Shown here: positions 28,598 through 38,581 of the stretch, piece by piece
How the letters are laid out: each line of letters opens with the position of its first letter
Numbering within the stretch: position 1 is the stretch's first letter
IMG/VR virus record: IMGVR_UViG_3300008963_000003
Location: 1,085-65,084 of that record
Origin: a virus
Lineage: Duplodnaviria > Caudoviricetes
DNA: 64,000 nt
Direction: 5' to 3' (one strand)
Notes under the pieces: generated by a model
The model's database searches: none
Seen by the model: only the letters and a program-made list of their open reading frames with translations
What the model was told of the DNA's origin: nothing
Program-made: the position numbers and the translations under genes

Positions 28598-29803
28598 ATG
28601 AAATTACAAGAATTATTAATTGAAAACACTGAAACTCCTGAGTTGACTTTGCAGAGATTTAATCCTGATCTTGATGCAAGTATTATAGGACAAGTGAACG
28701 ACTCTGATAGATTTTTGGTTAGAGCCGGTGGTGAAGTGTTTAGATTTGACAATGAATCTGATGCAGAACGATTTGAAAGAAGATACAATCGTGGAGGAAG
28801 CGAAACAAGAACTAGACTGGTTAACAGCAACAATATTCGATCTAAAAGAATCAACATAGCACAGAAATTCAGCAGTGCATGGAAAGGTCTTGAGGATGTG
28901 CCTGCAAACAAACGCAGTTCTGTTAGACGCTTTGTAAACGGATTTGCTGATATTCCTGGTGTTAAGTTGATGGGTAGAATATTTGAAGCAATGGGATTTT
29001 CATATCTGTTGTTGGAAACTCATGCCTACAACGTGGCTTACTTTCAAGATCAAGCAGAAATAGGACCAGAGGCTGGCGGAATGAGTCAACAAGAAGCAGC
29101 TGATCACATTATTGCAGCACAGGCCAGTCTAGGTGCACAAATTACTACGTTATTGCTTGTGTCTCTTAGCAGCGGAATGCGCAAAGTTCGTCAACTTATA
29201 ACTGGCGTTAGATGGGGTGTAAGAGCAATACAAGGAACTGCCGCAGCCACTGGCGTAGGTTTTTTTCCTGCGATAGTTAGCATGATTGTCACTGAAGCAG
29301 GATTTCTGCTTGCTCAGTACATGTTAACACGTCCCAGTGTTCAAAGAGCTCTTACAGAGTGGTTGGTTGAATACATGAGCAACAGTGTATTAAGAACAGT
29401 GTTAGAAGGCATGGCAAGTATCACTGGCACTGGACTAAGAGCAGCCAATGCAGCACTGGACAGTGTAACTGATGGGGCTGTGGGCATGGATGAATTGTTG
29501 AACCGCGGAGGATTCACTGAACAACAAAGATCCACGCCTGCTGGCAATGCCTATGCCAGCAGTGAATGGGCCAAGTTGACTTTTCAAAACAGTTTGTTTC
29601 CTGAAGGCACTGCCAGTCAGTTGGTGGAATATATTCCACCAGGGCAGAGAGAAAGACTGATTTTAAACAAAATGAATTTAACTCAAGCACCTGGTGCTCA
29701 AAGTTCTCAGGATCAAATCGGTGGTACAGGTGCCACCGCGCCTGGCGACGCAGGCGACGGAACCAGAGGAACTGTAGGACAGCCTTCTGCTGAAATTGAT
29801 TAA
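28598..29803 (+). CDS. Late hypothetical protein, candidate internal head/ejection protein
   Basis: Late promoter, N-terminal MKLQELLIE and central hydrophobic Gly/Ala-rich helices. Confidence 0.55.
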   Translation: MKLQELLIENTETPELTLQRFNPDLDASIIGQVNDSDRFLVRAGGEVFRFDNESDAERFERRYNRGGSETRTRLVNSNNIRSKRINIAQKFSSAWKGLEDVPANKRSSVRRFVNGFADIPGVKLMGRIFEAMGFSYLLLETHAYNVAYFQDQAEIGPEAGGMSQQEAADHIIAAQASLGAQITTLLLVSLSSGMRKVRQLITGVRWGVRAIQGTAAATGVGFFPAIVSMIVTEAGFLLAQYMLTRPSVQRALTEWLVEYMSNSVLRTVLEGMASITGTGLRAANAALDSVTDGAVGMDELLNRGGFTEQQRSTPAGNAYASSEWAKLTFQNSLFPEGTASQLVEYIPPGQRERLILNKMNLTQAPGAQSSQDQIGGTGATAPGDAGDGTRGTVGQPSAEID

Positions 29804-30021
29804 ATTAAAGGCATTTTTGCATTCTTGGTATTTTCGATATTGTCTTTGATTATTTTTCTCATGATCTCTTGATCTTCAATGTCTGTGTCATATAACAAAT
29901 CATGATAATTTACGCCGCCACGCATGTACCAACACACTCGGTACAGCATATCTTTCAATTGCTTGATGTTGTTTTCTAAATCATCGGCCAGTGAGTTAAT
30001 TTCATCGTCGTCGAGACTCAC
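29800..30021 (-). CDS. Baseplate hub assembly protein gp51-like
   Basis: Small ORF coupled to gp26, with WYMRGG...DIEDQEIMRKIIKDNIE. Confidence 0.55.
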   Translation of the reverse strand: MSLDDDEINSLADDLENNIKQLKDMLYRVCWYMRGGVNYHDLLYDTDIEDQEIMRKIIKDNIENTKNAKMPLI

Positions 30022-30863
30022 TAGCCTTTGCCGAAAAAATCAGTTTGATCCAATGAAACATTCATATCGTATTCTTTGTTGCATCCGCCGCATACCACAG
30101 TTTGTTTTGGTATTTTCCATTTAGCAGCTTCATCGTCGATGTGATTTTTCAATTCACTGAACAAAGATCTATCACTGCTGTTGAGGAAATCAATTATTTC
30201 TTCGCGATTGGATTCAATTTCGCCGTTGATTTCGACACTGACTACACTGAGCATAATGGCATTAAGCGCCATTCTTGCAATTTTATCCAAACACTGATCT
30301 ACAAATTGATTTTTTTCTTCTTCGTTTTCAATTTTTGGCGCTTGAATTCTCAGTGCACGCTGTAATGTTACACTTTCTTTTTGTATTTCAGTATATTCTC
30401 TATAGGTCAATGGTCTTATTTTAAATTTGAAATCGTCAATTACTACAGTGTCATTGAAACTTAAACTGTTAAAATAATCAATAAATTTTTGCAACTCAAG
30501 ATCGTATTGATTGTGTTCACCACAGTGTTTGCATTTGGATTGAATATTCATATGAGGTCCATAACTGGCCAATCTCATTGACATCAAAATTGTGTCCACG
30601 TCCAGTGTTACTAAACTCCATGGATCGTTTATACTGGGTATACAACTTTTAATATTTTCAGCAGTGGCATTGCCGTTAATCAAAGCATCAGGTGTTTTAT
30701 AAAGTATTTCATCATTGGCTGTCATGCTGAACACTGGCAATTCATAAGCTGTATCATTGTGCAATACACCAGAATTGTAAAATTTTCCTTCGCTGGGCAA
30801 ATTGATATAAATTTTTGGTTGTCTTTTGTATTTTTTAAGTGGACTTTCTTTTGTGCTTTCCAT
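30021..30863 (-). CDS. gp26: Baseplate hub assembly chaperone gp26-like
   Basis: YINLPSEG, MTANDE, D.ILMSMRLASYG, two CxxC pairs, C-terminal DFF. Confidence 0.8.
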   Translation of the reverse strand: MESTKESPLKKYKRQPKIYINLPSEGKFYNSGVLHNDTAYELPVFSMTANDEILYKTPDALINGNATAENIKSCIPSINDPWSLVTLDVDTILMSMRLASYGPHMNIQSKCKHCGEHNQYDLELQKFIDYFNSLSFNDTVVIDDFKFKIRPLTYREYTEIQKESVTLQRALRIQAPKIENEEEKNQFVDQCLDKIARMALNAIMLSVVSVEINGEIESNREEIIDFLNSSDRSLFSELKNHIDDEAAKWKIPKQTVVCGGCNKEYDMNVSLDQTDFFGKG

Positions 30864-30877
30864 TGCTGATTCCTATA

Positions 30878-30904
30878 GATAAATATAATGTACTAATATT
30901 TATT
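30878..30904. promoter_or_regulatory. Face-to-face pair of late promoters
   Basis: GATAAATA on + (30878-85) and AATAAATA on - (30897-904) in the gap between divergent genes. Confidence 0.6.
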
Positions 30905-30929
30905 TGAGCAATTAAACTGGAGTTTTAAT

Positions 30930-33011
30930 TTGGCAGACGATGATTTAATAAACAGTCTAAGAAGTGGTGCTGGATTTTTAGGAAATGTATTCAGCGATAC
31001 TGCTAAAACTGCTGTGGGTTTTGCAGGTAACCTTCTCAGTGGCAGTCAAAAACTCAGCGACTACGGTGAAGCAATTGAATCAAACACCAAACTGTTTGGA
31101 GCATTAAATAAAACCATAAATGGTTTGATAAAATTTGCCGAAGGCAGTTTAGAAGAATATCAAACACTCAGCGGCATTGGTGCCAGCTTTGGCAAAGAAA
31201 TGTCAAATATTAAAATTTCAGCAGCACAAATGGGACTCACAGTTGAGGAAATGACAGAAGTCTTGCAAAACAACATGGACTCATTGAGTGCATTTGGTGG
31301 CACAACCAATGATGCTATTGCTAGATTTAGAGATTTTAGCAGCGCAGTGTTAGACAGTGAAGTAGGATCTAGATTAAGACGTTTAGGATTTACTGTAACT
31401 GACATCAATGAAACTCTAGCACTGTATCAAGAAATTGCTATGCAAGATGGCAATGCAACTAGAATGAGTGAACAACAGCGCCAGCAGTCAGCTGAAGAGT
31501 TAGCAACTGAATTAGATAAACTTAGCAAACTCACAGGAAAACAAAGAGAACAAATTGCTGATGAAATGAGAGAACGCAGAAGACAAGGTGATGTACAAGC
31601 GTTTTTAATGGGCCGAACTGGTGAAGAACAACAGGCATTTATACAGAATCTTGCAGAAATTGAAAGCACACTGGGAAAAGATGCAGCAGATCTATTTGTA
31701 GACATGGCTGTAAGAGGAGCACCTACTACTGAAGCAACAAGAAATGCAATGTTGGCTTTAGGACCAGCAGCAGAAGAATTAGCACAAGGCGCTCAAGCAT
31801 TTACTGCTGGCAACATGGCCAATTTTGATAGCAGTATACAAGCAGCAACAGCTAGTGCAGTGGATTATTTGCAAACCGAAGAAGCTCGTACTGTTGCAAT
31901 GCTAGGTGATATGAATACTGTCAGTGGCGCTTATGCTGATATGTATGAAAGCATGTACGGTTTTATGAACAGAATCGAAGGTGCAGCGCAAGAAGGCGAA
32001 AGCGCAGGCGCAGCGTTGGCAAGAATGAATGCCAACATTGAAGCAGAACAAAGAACACAAAAATTAGATCAAGCCAATAATCTTTTAGACCAAACTATTG
32101 CTATGCAGGAAACAGTTAGAGATTTTGTTGTAGAAATACAAAGAAACACACTAGATAATCTCGAAGACATGGGAACAGAAGCAATACAAAGAGTCAGGGA
32201 TGCATTACCTGACAGCCAAACAATGGCCAGCGAAATAGGATCAGCTGTTAACAGTTTATTAACCGAAGTAGAAAGTTCTGTTTATAACCAACCTTTTGAA
32301 AATTCTATTTTTCAAAATGCTGAATTTTCCGGTGATGGTATTCTCACAGCTGAGGATCTTGCTAACGAAAGCACTGACACAAGAGACCTTATGTCTGAAT
32401 CGTATCAAAACGTAGATTTAGGTTTACAAAATAGTTTTCAAGAAACTAGAGATGAAATTGAACGTCTCGCCAACGAATTAGATACAAGAATCAGTCAAGG
32501 TGTTGAAGCGGAAATTGCAGAAACGCAACAACAATTAGAAAATGCTCAATCAACATTGGACAATCTTGTTGAACTTCAAAGAGCTATGATTAGAAATGCA
32601 CAATCACCATTTGCTGGCGGATTTGCTGATGGTGGATTTATACCCGAAGGCAGTGTCGGACTGGTCGGCGAAGCAGGACCAGAATTTATATCCGGTCCTG
32701 CTGACATTCTAAGTTCTCAGTCATCTCAATCAGTAATGGAATTTATGAATAGCATGGCAAGTATCAATAGACAAGCTGCGTTTAATGCAGAAACTGCTGT
32801 TCAAACACCTACTCAGGAACAATTAGAAAACATAAGTAACACTAGCGAATTAAACGAACTTATGAAAATGTTAAGTGGTAATTTTAAAAATATGAATGTA
32901 ATTTTAAACAAAATGTTAAATGTAGAAAATCAAATTGCAGAAACAAATAGAAGACAATATAAAGCTACTAGAGGTTTAAATGGAAATCTTCTAAAAGGAG
33001 TAGGAGTATAA
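30930..33011 (+). CDS. Tape-measure-like helical protein
   Basis: A/Q/E-rich helical 693 aa with FADGGFIPEGSVGLVGEAGPEFI. TTG start with GGAG SD. Confidence 0.6.
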   Translation: MADDDLINSLRSGAGFLGNVFSDTAKTAVGFAGNLLSGSQKLSDYGEAIESNTKLFGALNKTINGLIKFAEGSLEEYQTLSGIGASFGKEMSNIKISAAQMGLTVEEMTEVLQNNMDSLSAFGGTTNDAIARFRDFSSAVLDSEVGSRLRRLGFTVTDINETLALYQEIAMQDGNATRMSEQQRQQSAEELATELDKLSKLTGKQREQIADEMRERRRQGDVQAFLMGRTGEEQQAFIQNLAEIESTLGKDAADLFVDMAVRGAPTTEATRNAMLALGPAAEELAQGAQAFTAGNMANFDSSIQAATASAVDYLQTEEARTVAMLGDMNTVSGAYADMYESMYGFMNRIEGAAQEGESAGAALARMNANIEAEQRTQKLDQANNLLDQTIAMQETVRDFVVEIQRNTLDNLEDMGTEAIQRVRDALPDSQTMASEIGSAVNSLLTEVESSVYNQPFENSIFQNAEFSGDGILTAEDLANESTDTRDLMSESYQNVDLGLQNSFQETRDEIERLANELDTRISQGVEAEIAETQQQLENAQSTLDNLVELQRAMIRNAQSPFAGGFADGGFIPEGSVGLVGEAGPEFISGPADILSSQSSQSVMEFMNSMASINRQAAFNAETAVQTPTQEQLENISNTSELNELMKMLSGNFKNMNVILNKMLNVENQIAETNRRQYKATRGLNGNLLKGVGV

Positions 33012-33012
33012 T

Positions 33013-34770
33013 ATGAGTTGGAAAAGATATTTTACTCCGGTGTCTACACAGGGTAACACCAATGGAAGCTACAGTCCTTTCAGCGGCAGAAACATCGGCA
33101 GTGCAGGTCCAGCATCAACAAACTACAGCAGTCATTTGCCTGATGTGTATGTAGGATCTCCAAATAGAATTGAAAGATATAATCAATACAATACCATGGA
33201 CAGTGACAGCGAAGTAAATGCTGCACTGGATATTTTAGGTGAATTTACATCACAGCAAAATAAACAAAATGATACAAATTTTACAATTGATTTTAAAAAA
33301 GAAGCTACCAATGTTGAAGTTAAAATTATCGGCGAGTATTTAAAAAAATGGTGTAAATTAAACGACTTTAACACAAGAATGTTTCGCATACTTAGAAATG
33401 CATTCAAATACGGCGACCAATTTTTTATAAGAGATCCTGAAACATATAAATGGTTTCATGTTGATCCCAGTCAAGTAACTAAAATTATAGTAAATGAAAG
33501 TGAAGGTAAAAAGCCTGAGCAATATGTAATTACCAATCTTAATTTTGCATTTGACGATCTTGAAGCTACACCAGTGAACACTACTAACAGCTACGGCCCG
33601 GGCGGAACTATCGGGCCAGGTTATCAAACTGTGAACCAGCAGTCAATGACAGGTAACAGTACGCCAGCAGCTGGTACTTCGAGATTTGAAAAAGGCGAAC
33701 AAGAAACATATGTAGATGCAAATAATGTAATTCACATATCAATGAGTGAAGGGTTAGATCAAAATTATCCATTTGGTAATTCACTTTTAGAAACAGTATT
33801 TAAAGTATATAAACAAAAAGAATTACTTGAAGATGCAATCATTATCTACCGCGTACAGCGTGCGCCTGAGCGCAGAGTATTTTACGTTGATGTAGGTAAC
33901 ATGCCATCTCACCTTGCAATGCAGTTTGTAGAAAGAGTAAAAACTGAAATACATCAAAGACGTATACCAAGCAAAACCGGCGGCGGCCAAAATGTTGTAG
34001 ACAGTTCATATAATCCTTTGTCAATTAACGAAGATTACTTTTTCCCGCAAACTGCGGAAGGTAGAGGTTCTAAAGTTGAAACACTTCCAGGCGGAACAAA
34101 TCTTGGAGAAATTGATGACCTACGATACTTTACTAATAAGCTGGTACGCGGATTGCGTATCCCAAGTTCATACTTACCAACTGGAGCAGATGACGGTGCT
34201 AGTCAATATAATGACGGACGTGTGGGCACCGCTTATATTCAAGAGCTTAGATTTAACAACTATTGCCAACGTTTGCAATCCTTAGTTGAAGAAGTTTTTA
34301 ACAGTGAATTTAAACTTTATTTGAAAAAGTCAGGTGCTAATCTCGACTTTTCTATGTTTGATCTAAAACTTACACCTCCGCAAAATTTTGCTGCATATAG
34401 ACAAGCTGAATTGGACAACAATAGAATAGGAACATTTTCACAAATGCAAGCCATTCCATTTATGAGTAACAGATTTGCTATGAAACGATTCCTTGGTTTA
34501 ACTGAAGAAGAAATTGCAGAAAATGAAAGACTATGGCGAGAAGAAAATGAAGAAACGCTGGAAGTACCCAGTGATGCAGGTGGAGAAATGCGCGGCGCAG
34601 GTCTTTCAGGTGCTGGACTTGAAAGTGATGTTACTGGACTTGAAGGAGAATTACCAGATGAAAATGTTCAAGGAGATATAGTTGACGGCGAACCTCCGGA
34701 AACTAATACAGGAACACAACTCGGCGCCGGTGATCTTGGTGCCGGACCCGAAACTTCGCAAACGATATAA
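33013..34770 (+). CDS. gp20: Portal protein
   Basis: LEDAIIIYRVQRAPERRVFYVDVGNMP...EDYFFPQTAEGRGSKVETLPGG. Confidence 0.95.
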   Translation: MSWKRYFTPVSTQGNTNGSYSPFSGRNIGSAGPASTNYSSHLPDVYVGSPNRIERYNQYNTMDSDSEVNAALDILGEFTSQQNKQNDTNFTIDFKKEATNVEVKIIGEYLKKWCKLNDFNTRMFRILRNAFKYGDQFFIRDPETYKWFHVDPSQVTKIIVNESEGKKPEQYVITNLNFAFDDLEATPVNTTNSYGPGGTIGPGYQTVNQQSMTGNSTPAAGTSRFEKGEQETYVDANNVIHISMSEGLDQNYPFGNSLLETVFKVYKQKELLEDAIIIYRVQRAPERRVFYVDVGNMPSHLAMQFVERVKTEIHQRRIPSKTGGGQNVVDSSYNPLSINEDYFFPQTAEGRGSKVETLPGGTNLGEIDDLRYFTNKLVRGLRIPSSYLPTGADDGASQYNDGRVGTAYIQELRFNNYCQRLQSLVEEVFNSEFKLYLKKSGANLDFSMFDLKLTPPQNFAAYRQAELDNNRIGTFSQMQAIPFMSNRFAMKRFLGLTEEEIAENERLWREENEETLEVPSDAGGEMRGAGLSGAGLESDVTGLEGELPDENVQGDIVDGEPPETNTGTQLGAGDLGAGPETSQTI

Positions 34771-34773
34771 ATA
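34766..34773 (+). promoter_or_regulatory. T4 late promoter TATAAATA
   Basis: Exact consensus overlapping the portal stop codon. Confidence 0.7.
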
Positions 34774-34778
34774 TACAC

Positions 34779-35036
34779 ATGCTACTTAGAGAACTTTTTT
34801 ATTTTGACAAAGACACAATGGAACCGGAAGAAGATGACTTCTACGAACCAAATGATGATGAGTCTGTAATAAATGTCAATGACACTAGAAAGACCAAATT
34901 GTCTTTAAAGGATATTAATCGTGCTAGAAAATCCAGTGACATGTCAAAAAAAGTAAAACAAGAAGAATTAGAATTTGTAAGACAAATGTACGGAATAACC
35001 GGCATGGCCCAGCAAGCAACACAACAAGGTTTTTAA
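34779..35036 (+). CDS. Small head-cluster protein (prohead core gp67-like position)
   Basis: 85 aa immediately after portal, acidic N half and basic C half. Confidence 0.55.
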   Translation: MLLRELFYFDKDTMEPEEDDFYEPNDDESVINVNDTRKTKLSLKDINRARKSSDMSKKVKQEELEFVRQMYGITGMAQQATQQGF

Positions 35037-35039
35037 ACA

Positions 35040-35648
35040 ATGTCGGAAAAAGTTGCTTTTGTATTAGGCAATGGTGTTAGTCGAAAGAGCATCAATCCTC
35101 AAGACTTAAAAAAACATGGAACAGTTTACGGATGCAATGCTCTCTATAGATCCTTTTCGCCTGATTATCTAATAGCAGTTGATACTAAAATGATAAGTGA
35201 AATTGTAGATTCGCAATACCATTTAACTCATTCTGTTTGGACTAATCCAAACAAATACACTGAAAAAATAAAAGAAATAAATTTGTTTAGACCGAGCAAG
35301 GGCTGGAGTAGCGGACCAACAGCATTATGGTTAGCTAGCAATCACGGTTATGATACTATCTATATTTTAGGCTTTGATTATGTTGGTCTTGGCAAAAAAC
35401 ACGAATATGTAAATAACATTTATTCTGATACAAAAAATTATAAAAAACAGAATGATAGAGCTACTTACTATGGTAATTGGTCTAGGCAAACTGACATGTG
35501 TATTAAAAAATTTCCTAAAACTAAATACATCAGATTACTAGGAGATATAGATTTTATACCCGAACAGTTAAAAACAGTATCTAATTTAACTCACGAATCA
35601 ATAGAAATTTTTGCAAAAAAATTTGGTATAAAACCTATAAAATCATAA
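35040..35648 (+). CDS. Maf/DUF115-like (GT42 sialyltransferase-fold) protein
   Basis: AFVLGNGVS, YGCNALY, PDYLIAVD, SSGPTALWLA..GYDTIYILGFDY. Confidence 0.6.
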   Translation: MSEKVAFVLGNGVSRKSINPQDLKKHGTVYGCNALYRSFSPDYLIAVDTKMISEIVDSQYHLTHSVWTNPNKYTEKIKEINLFRPSKGWSSGPTALWLASNHGYDTIYILGFDYVGLGKKHEYVNNIYSDTKNYKKQNDRATYYGNWSRQTDMCIKKFPKTKYIRLLGDIDFIPEQLKTVSNLTHESIEIFAKKFGIKPIKS

Positions 35649-35735
35649 AACGTGCTGTTTTCAGCCCGTTTAACCCCCTTTTTTTCTATTAAATGTAAAT
35701 ATAATAGACAGCCTTGCACAAAACAGGAGAATAAA

Positions 35736-36815
35736 ATGACTGATCGTAACAAATTTGAAGAAATGCTTGAGCGCTTGATTAATGAAGATCGCGAAGGAGC
35801 AGAAGATTTATTTCATGAGATTGTAGTGGAAAAATCAAGAGATATTTATGAATCTCTTCTCAACGAAGAAGAAGACAGTGACGAAGATAGTGACGAAGAT
35901 ATTGACGAAGCCGAAGACATGGACGATGACGAAGATATTGACGAAGCCGAAAACATGGACGATGATGACGAAATGGACGAATCTCTTTTCGGAGAAGCAG
36001 ATCCTAGTGATGACATGTTAAATGATATTTCTATGGACGATGATGACATGGGCATGGACGATGATGACATGGGCATGGACGATGATGACATGGGCATGGA
36101 CGACGATGACATGGGCATGGACGATGATGACACGGGCATGGGCATGGACGATAATGCAGATATCGAAGACACAATGTTAGACATCAAAGACGAACTAGAA
36201 AGTCTAAGAGCAAGTCTTGAAGATGCTATCGGAGATATGGAAGACAGCGATGGCAACGATGACATGGACATGGATGCCGATGCAGGCATGGATGTGGATG
36301 CCGATGACATGGATATGGATTTAGACATGGATTCAGGAGATAATGATGCCGATACTGACAGCGGCGACGACGATACTGATGACGACGACGATGATGTAAA
36401 AGAAGGTTCTTACAAAAAAAAGAACAAGAAATCAAGCAGTGAAGAAATGCGCGAGTATGTAGAAAAAATCCAAGGCGGCGAATTAGGATCAAATATCGGC
36501 GGCGATAACGGAAATAACACAAAAAGCACAGTAGCAGGTAAAAATGATATGGGCGGCACAACTCAAAATATTGCACGCGCAGATTCAGAAAACGGTGTTG
36601 AAGCAAACAAAGGACAGCTACAAGGTTCATCACTGTCAGACGGATCTCCAAAGGACATGAATACAGGAAATATTAATGTTCCAGGAGGCAAAGCTGGTAA
36701 GACTGCATTTAAAAAGTCTGAACCAGGTCATGGCGCCGAAAAGAAAGGCAAGCCAGATACTGCCGATAAAAGTGCAACTAGCACACTTAACAAAGTAAGC
36801 AGTCGCGCAAAATAA
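35736..36815 (+). CDS. Highly acidic prohead core/scaffold-like protein (start refined to 35736)
   Basis: CAGGAG SD before ATG 35736. D/M-rich low-complexity centre. Directly upstream of the prohead protease. Confidence 0.7.
   Translation: MTDRNKFEEMLERLINEDREGAEDLFHEIVVEKSRDIYESLLNEEEDSDEDSDEDIDEAEDMDDDEDIDEAENMDDDDEMDESLFGEADPSDDMLNDISMDDDDMGMDDDDMGMDDDDMGMDDDDMGMDDDDTGMGMDDNADIEDTMLDIKDELESLRASLEDAIGDMEDSDGNDDMDMDADAGMDVDADDMDMDLDMDSGDNDADTDSGDDDTDDDDDDVKEGSYKKKNKKSSSEEMREYVEKIQGGELGSNIGGDNGNNTKSTVAGKNDMGGTTQNIARADSENGVEANKGQLQGSSLSDGSPKDMNTGNINVPGGKAGKTAFKKSEPGHGAEKKGKPDTADKSATSTLNKVSSRAK
36033..36137 (+). repeat. 21-bp coding tandem repeat ATGGACGATGATGACATGGGC x5 (MDDDDMG)
   Basis: Directly visible. 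A 36-bp duplication also lies at 35892-35963. Confidence 0.95.
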
Positions 36816-36836
36816 GGCAAGAAAGAAAGGCCAACT

Positions 36837-37460
36837 ATGAAAACACTAAATGAACATTTGAGTTTCGACCAGGCTAAGATGGTAGTTGAGTCTGCTAATG
36901 ACGGGAAAGACTTGTATATGAAAGGTATTTGTATACAAGGCGGAGTACGCAACGCAAATCAGCGTGTATATCCTGTAAATGAAATTGGCAGGGCTGTCAA
37001 AACTCTCAACGAACAAGTAACCAGCGGATACTCAGTGTTAGGTGAAGTAGATCATCCAGACGGCCTTAACATTAATCTTGACCGTGTAAGTCATATGATC
37101 ACAGAAATGTGGATGGATGGCCCAAACGGATATGGAAAAATGAAAATTCTACCAACCCCGATGGGACAACTAGTTAAAACAATGCTTGAAAGCGGCGTAA
37201 AACTTGGTGTCTCATCGCGAGGTTCTGGAAACGTAAAAGAAGACGGAAGCGGTGAAGTTTCCGATTTTGAAATAATCACTGTGGACGTTGTGGCTCAGCC
37301 CAGCGCCCCTGGTGCATATCCTACACCAATCTACGAGCATCTAATGAATGCACGTGGCGGATATAAGGCATACGAATTAGCACAGGCAACACAACACGAC
37401 GACAAGGCACAAAAGTATTTAAAAGAGAGCTTATTAAAAATAATAAGCGGACTCCGCTAA
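36837..37460 (+). CDS. gp21: Prohead protease
   Basis: NANQRVYP, LGEVDHP, INLDRVSH, LGVSSRGSG, DVVAQPSAPGAY. Confidence 0.95.
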   Translation: MKTLNEHLSFDQAKMVVESANDGKDLYMKGICIQGGVRNANQRVYPVNEIGRAVKTLNEQVTSGYSVLGEVDHPDGLNINLDRVSHMITEMWMDGPNGYGKMKILPTPMGQLVKTMLESGVKLGVSSRGSGNVKEDGSGEVSDFEIITVDVVAQPSAPGAYPTPIYEHLMNARGGYKAYELAQATQHDDKAQKYLKESLLKIISGLR

Positions 37461-37475
37461 CGAGGAGAGGATAAC

Positions 37476-38570
37476 ATGTTAGATGCACTAAAATCACTCT
37501 TTGAAAACAATGTACTTTCAGAAGAAGTGCGCTCAGAACTTGAAGAAGCATGGAACAAAAAGGTGAAAGAAAATCGCCTTGCTGTAACTGCTGAATTACG
37601 CGAAGAATTTGCTCAAAAGTACGAACACGACAAAAAAACAATGGTAGAATCTATTGATAAAATGTTAAGTGAACGTCTTGCAGAAGAAATTGCAGAATTC
37701 AAAGAAGATCGCAAACAATTAGCAGAAGCAAAAGCAAAATATGCTGTTGCACAACGCAAAAATGCAAATCTTCTTAAAAATTTTGTTAGTGAAACACTGG
37801 CAAAAGAAATCAAAGAACTACATGCTGATCAAAAATCAACAGCTGACAAGTTTGTTGCACTTGAAGATTTTGTAGTTGAGGCACTTTCAAAAGAAATCGC
37901 AGAGTTTTACGAAGATAAAAAAGATTTGGCCGAAACCAAGGTAAGACTTGTAAAAGAAGCCAGACAGAATTTTGATAGAGTACAAAAAGACTTTATCAAA
38001 AAAAGTTCTGCTATAGTGTCTGAAACAGTGTCAACAAATCTCAATAAAGAAATTTCGTCACTGAAGGAAGACATTGAAGAAGCACGCAGAAACGACTTTG
38101 GACGTAAGATATTTGAAGCATTTTCAAATGAATATACTCAAAGCTATCTTAACGAAAAGTCTGAAACAGCTAAATTGATGAAAGTTGTTGAATCAAAAGA
38201 CCAGCAACTGATTCAAGCAAAACAGGCAGCGTCCAAGGCAATTAATCTTGCAGAATCAAAGACCAACGAGATCAAAAAAATCAATGAGTCAATGAAACGC
38301 AAAGAAACTATAAATGAACTTACTGCTCCTTTATCAAGAGAGCAAAGTGAGATTATGAAAGATCTACTGGAATCAGTTCAAACAAACAGACTTCGCTCTG
38401 CGTTTGACAAGTACCTACCATCAGTGATGAATGGTAACAGTCCAGAAAGACAGAAGGCAGTATTAGCAGAAGGCACAGAAATCACAGGCAACAGACAACA
38501 AACAAATGACAATAAAAATGCTAACGACGGAAATGTAGTTGAGTTACGCCGTCTAGCTGGATTGAGTTAA
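37476..38570 (+). CDS. gp22: Prohead core scaffolding protein
   Basis: E/K-rich coiled coil between protease and capsid, with GRKIFEAF. Confidence 0.8.
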   Translation: MLDALKSLFENNVLSEEVRSELEEAWNKKVKENRLAVTAELREEFAQKYEHDKKTMVESIDKMLSERLAEEIAEFKEDRKQLAEAKAKYAVAQRKNANLLKNFVSETLAKEIKELHADQKSTADKFVALEDFVVEALSKEIAEFYEDKKDLAETKVRLVKEARQNFDRVQKDFIKKSSAIVSETVSTNLNKEISSLKEDIEEARRNDFGRKIFEAFSNEYTQSYLNEKSETAKLMKVVESKDQQLIQAKQAASKAINLAESKTNEIKKINESMKRKETINELTAPLSREQSEIMKDLLESVQTNRLRSAFDKYLPSVMNGNSPERQKAVLAEGTEITGNRQQTNDNKNANDGNVVELRRLAGLS

Positions 38571-38581
38571 GGAGAAATCAA

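Noticed and set aside
35846-36651. Ser/Met-rich and His/Arg-rich antisense ORFs
   Set aside because: Shadow frames of the acidic repeat gene.
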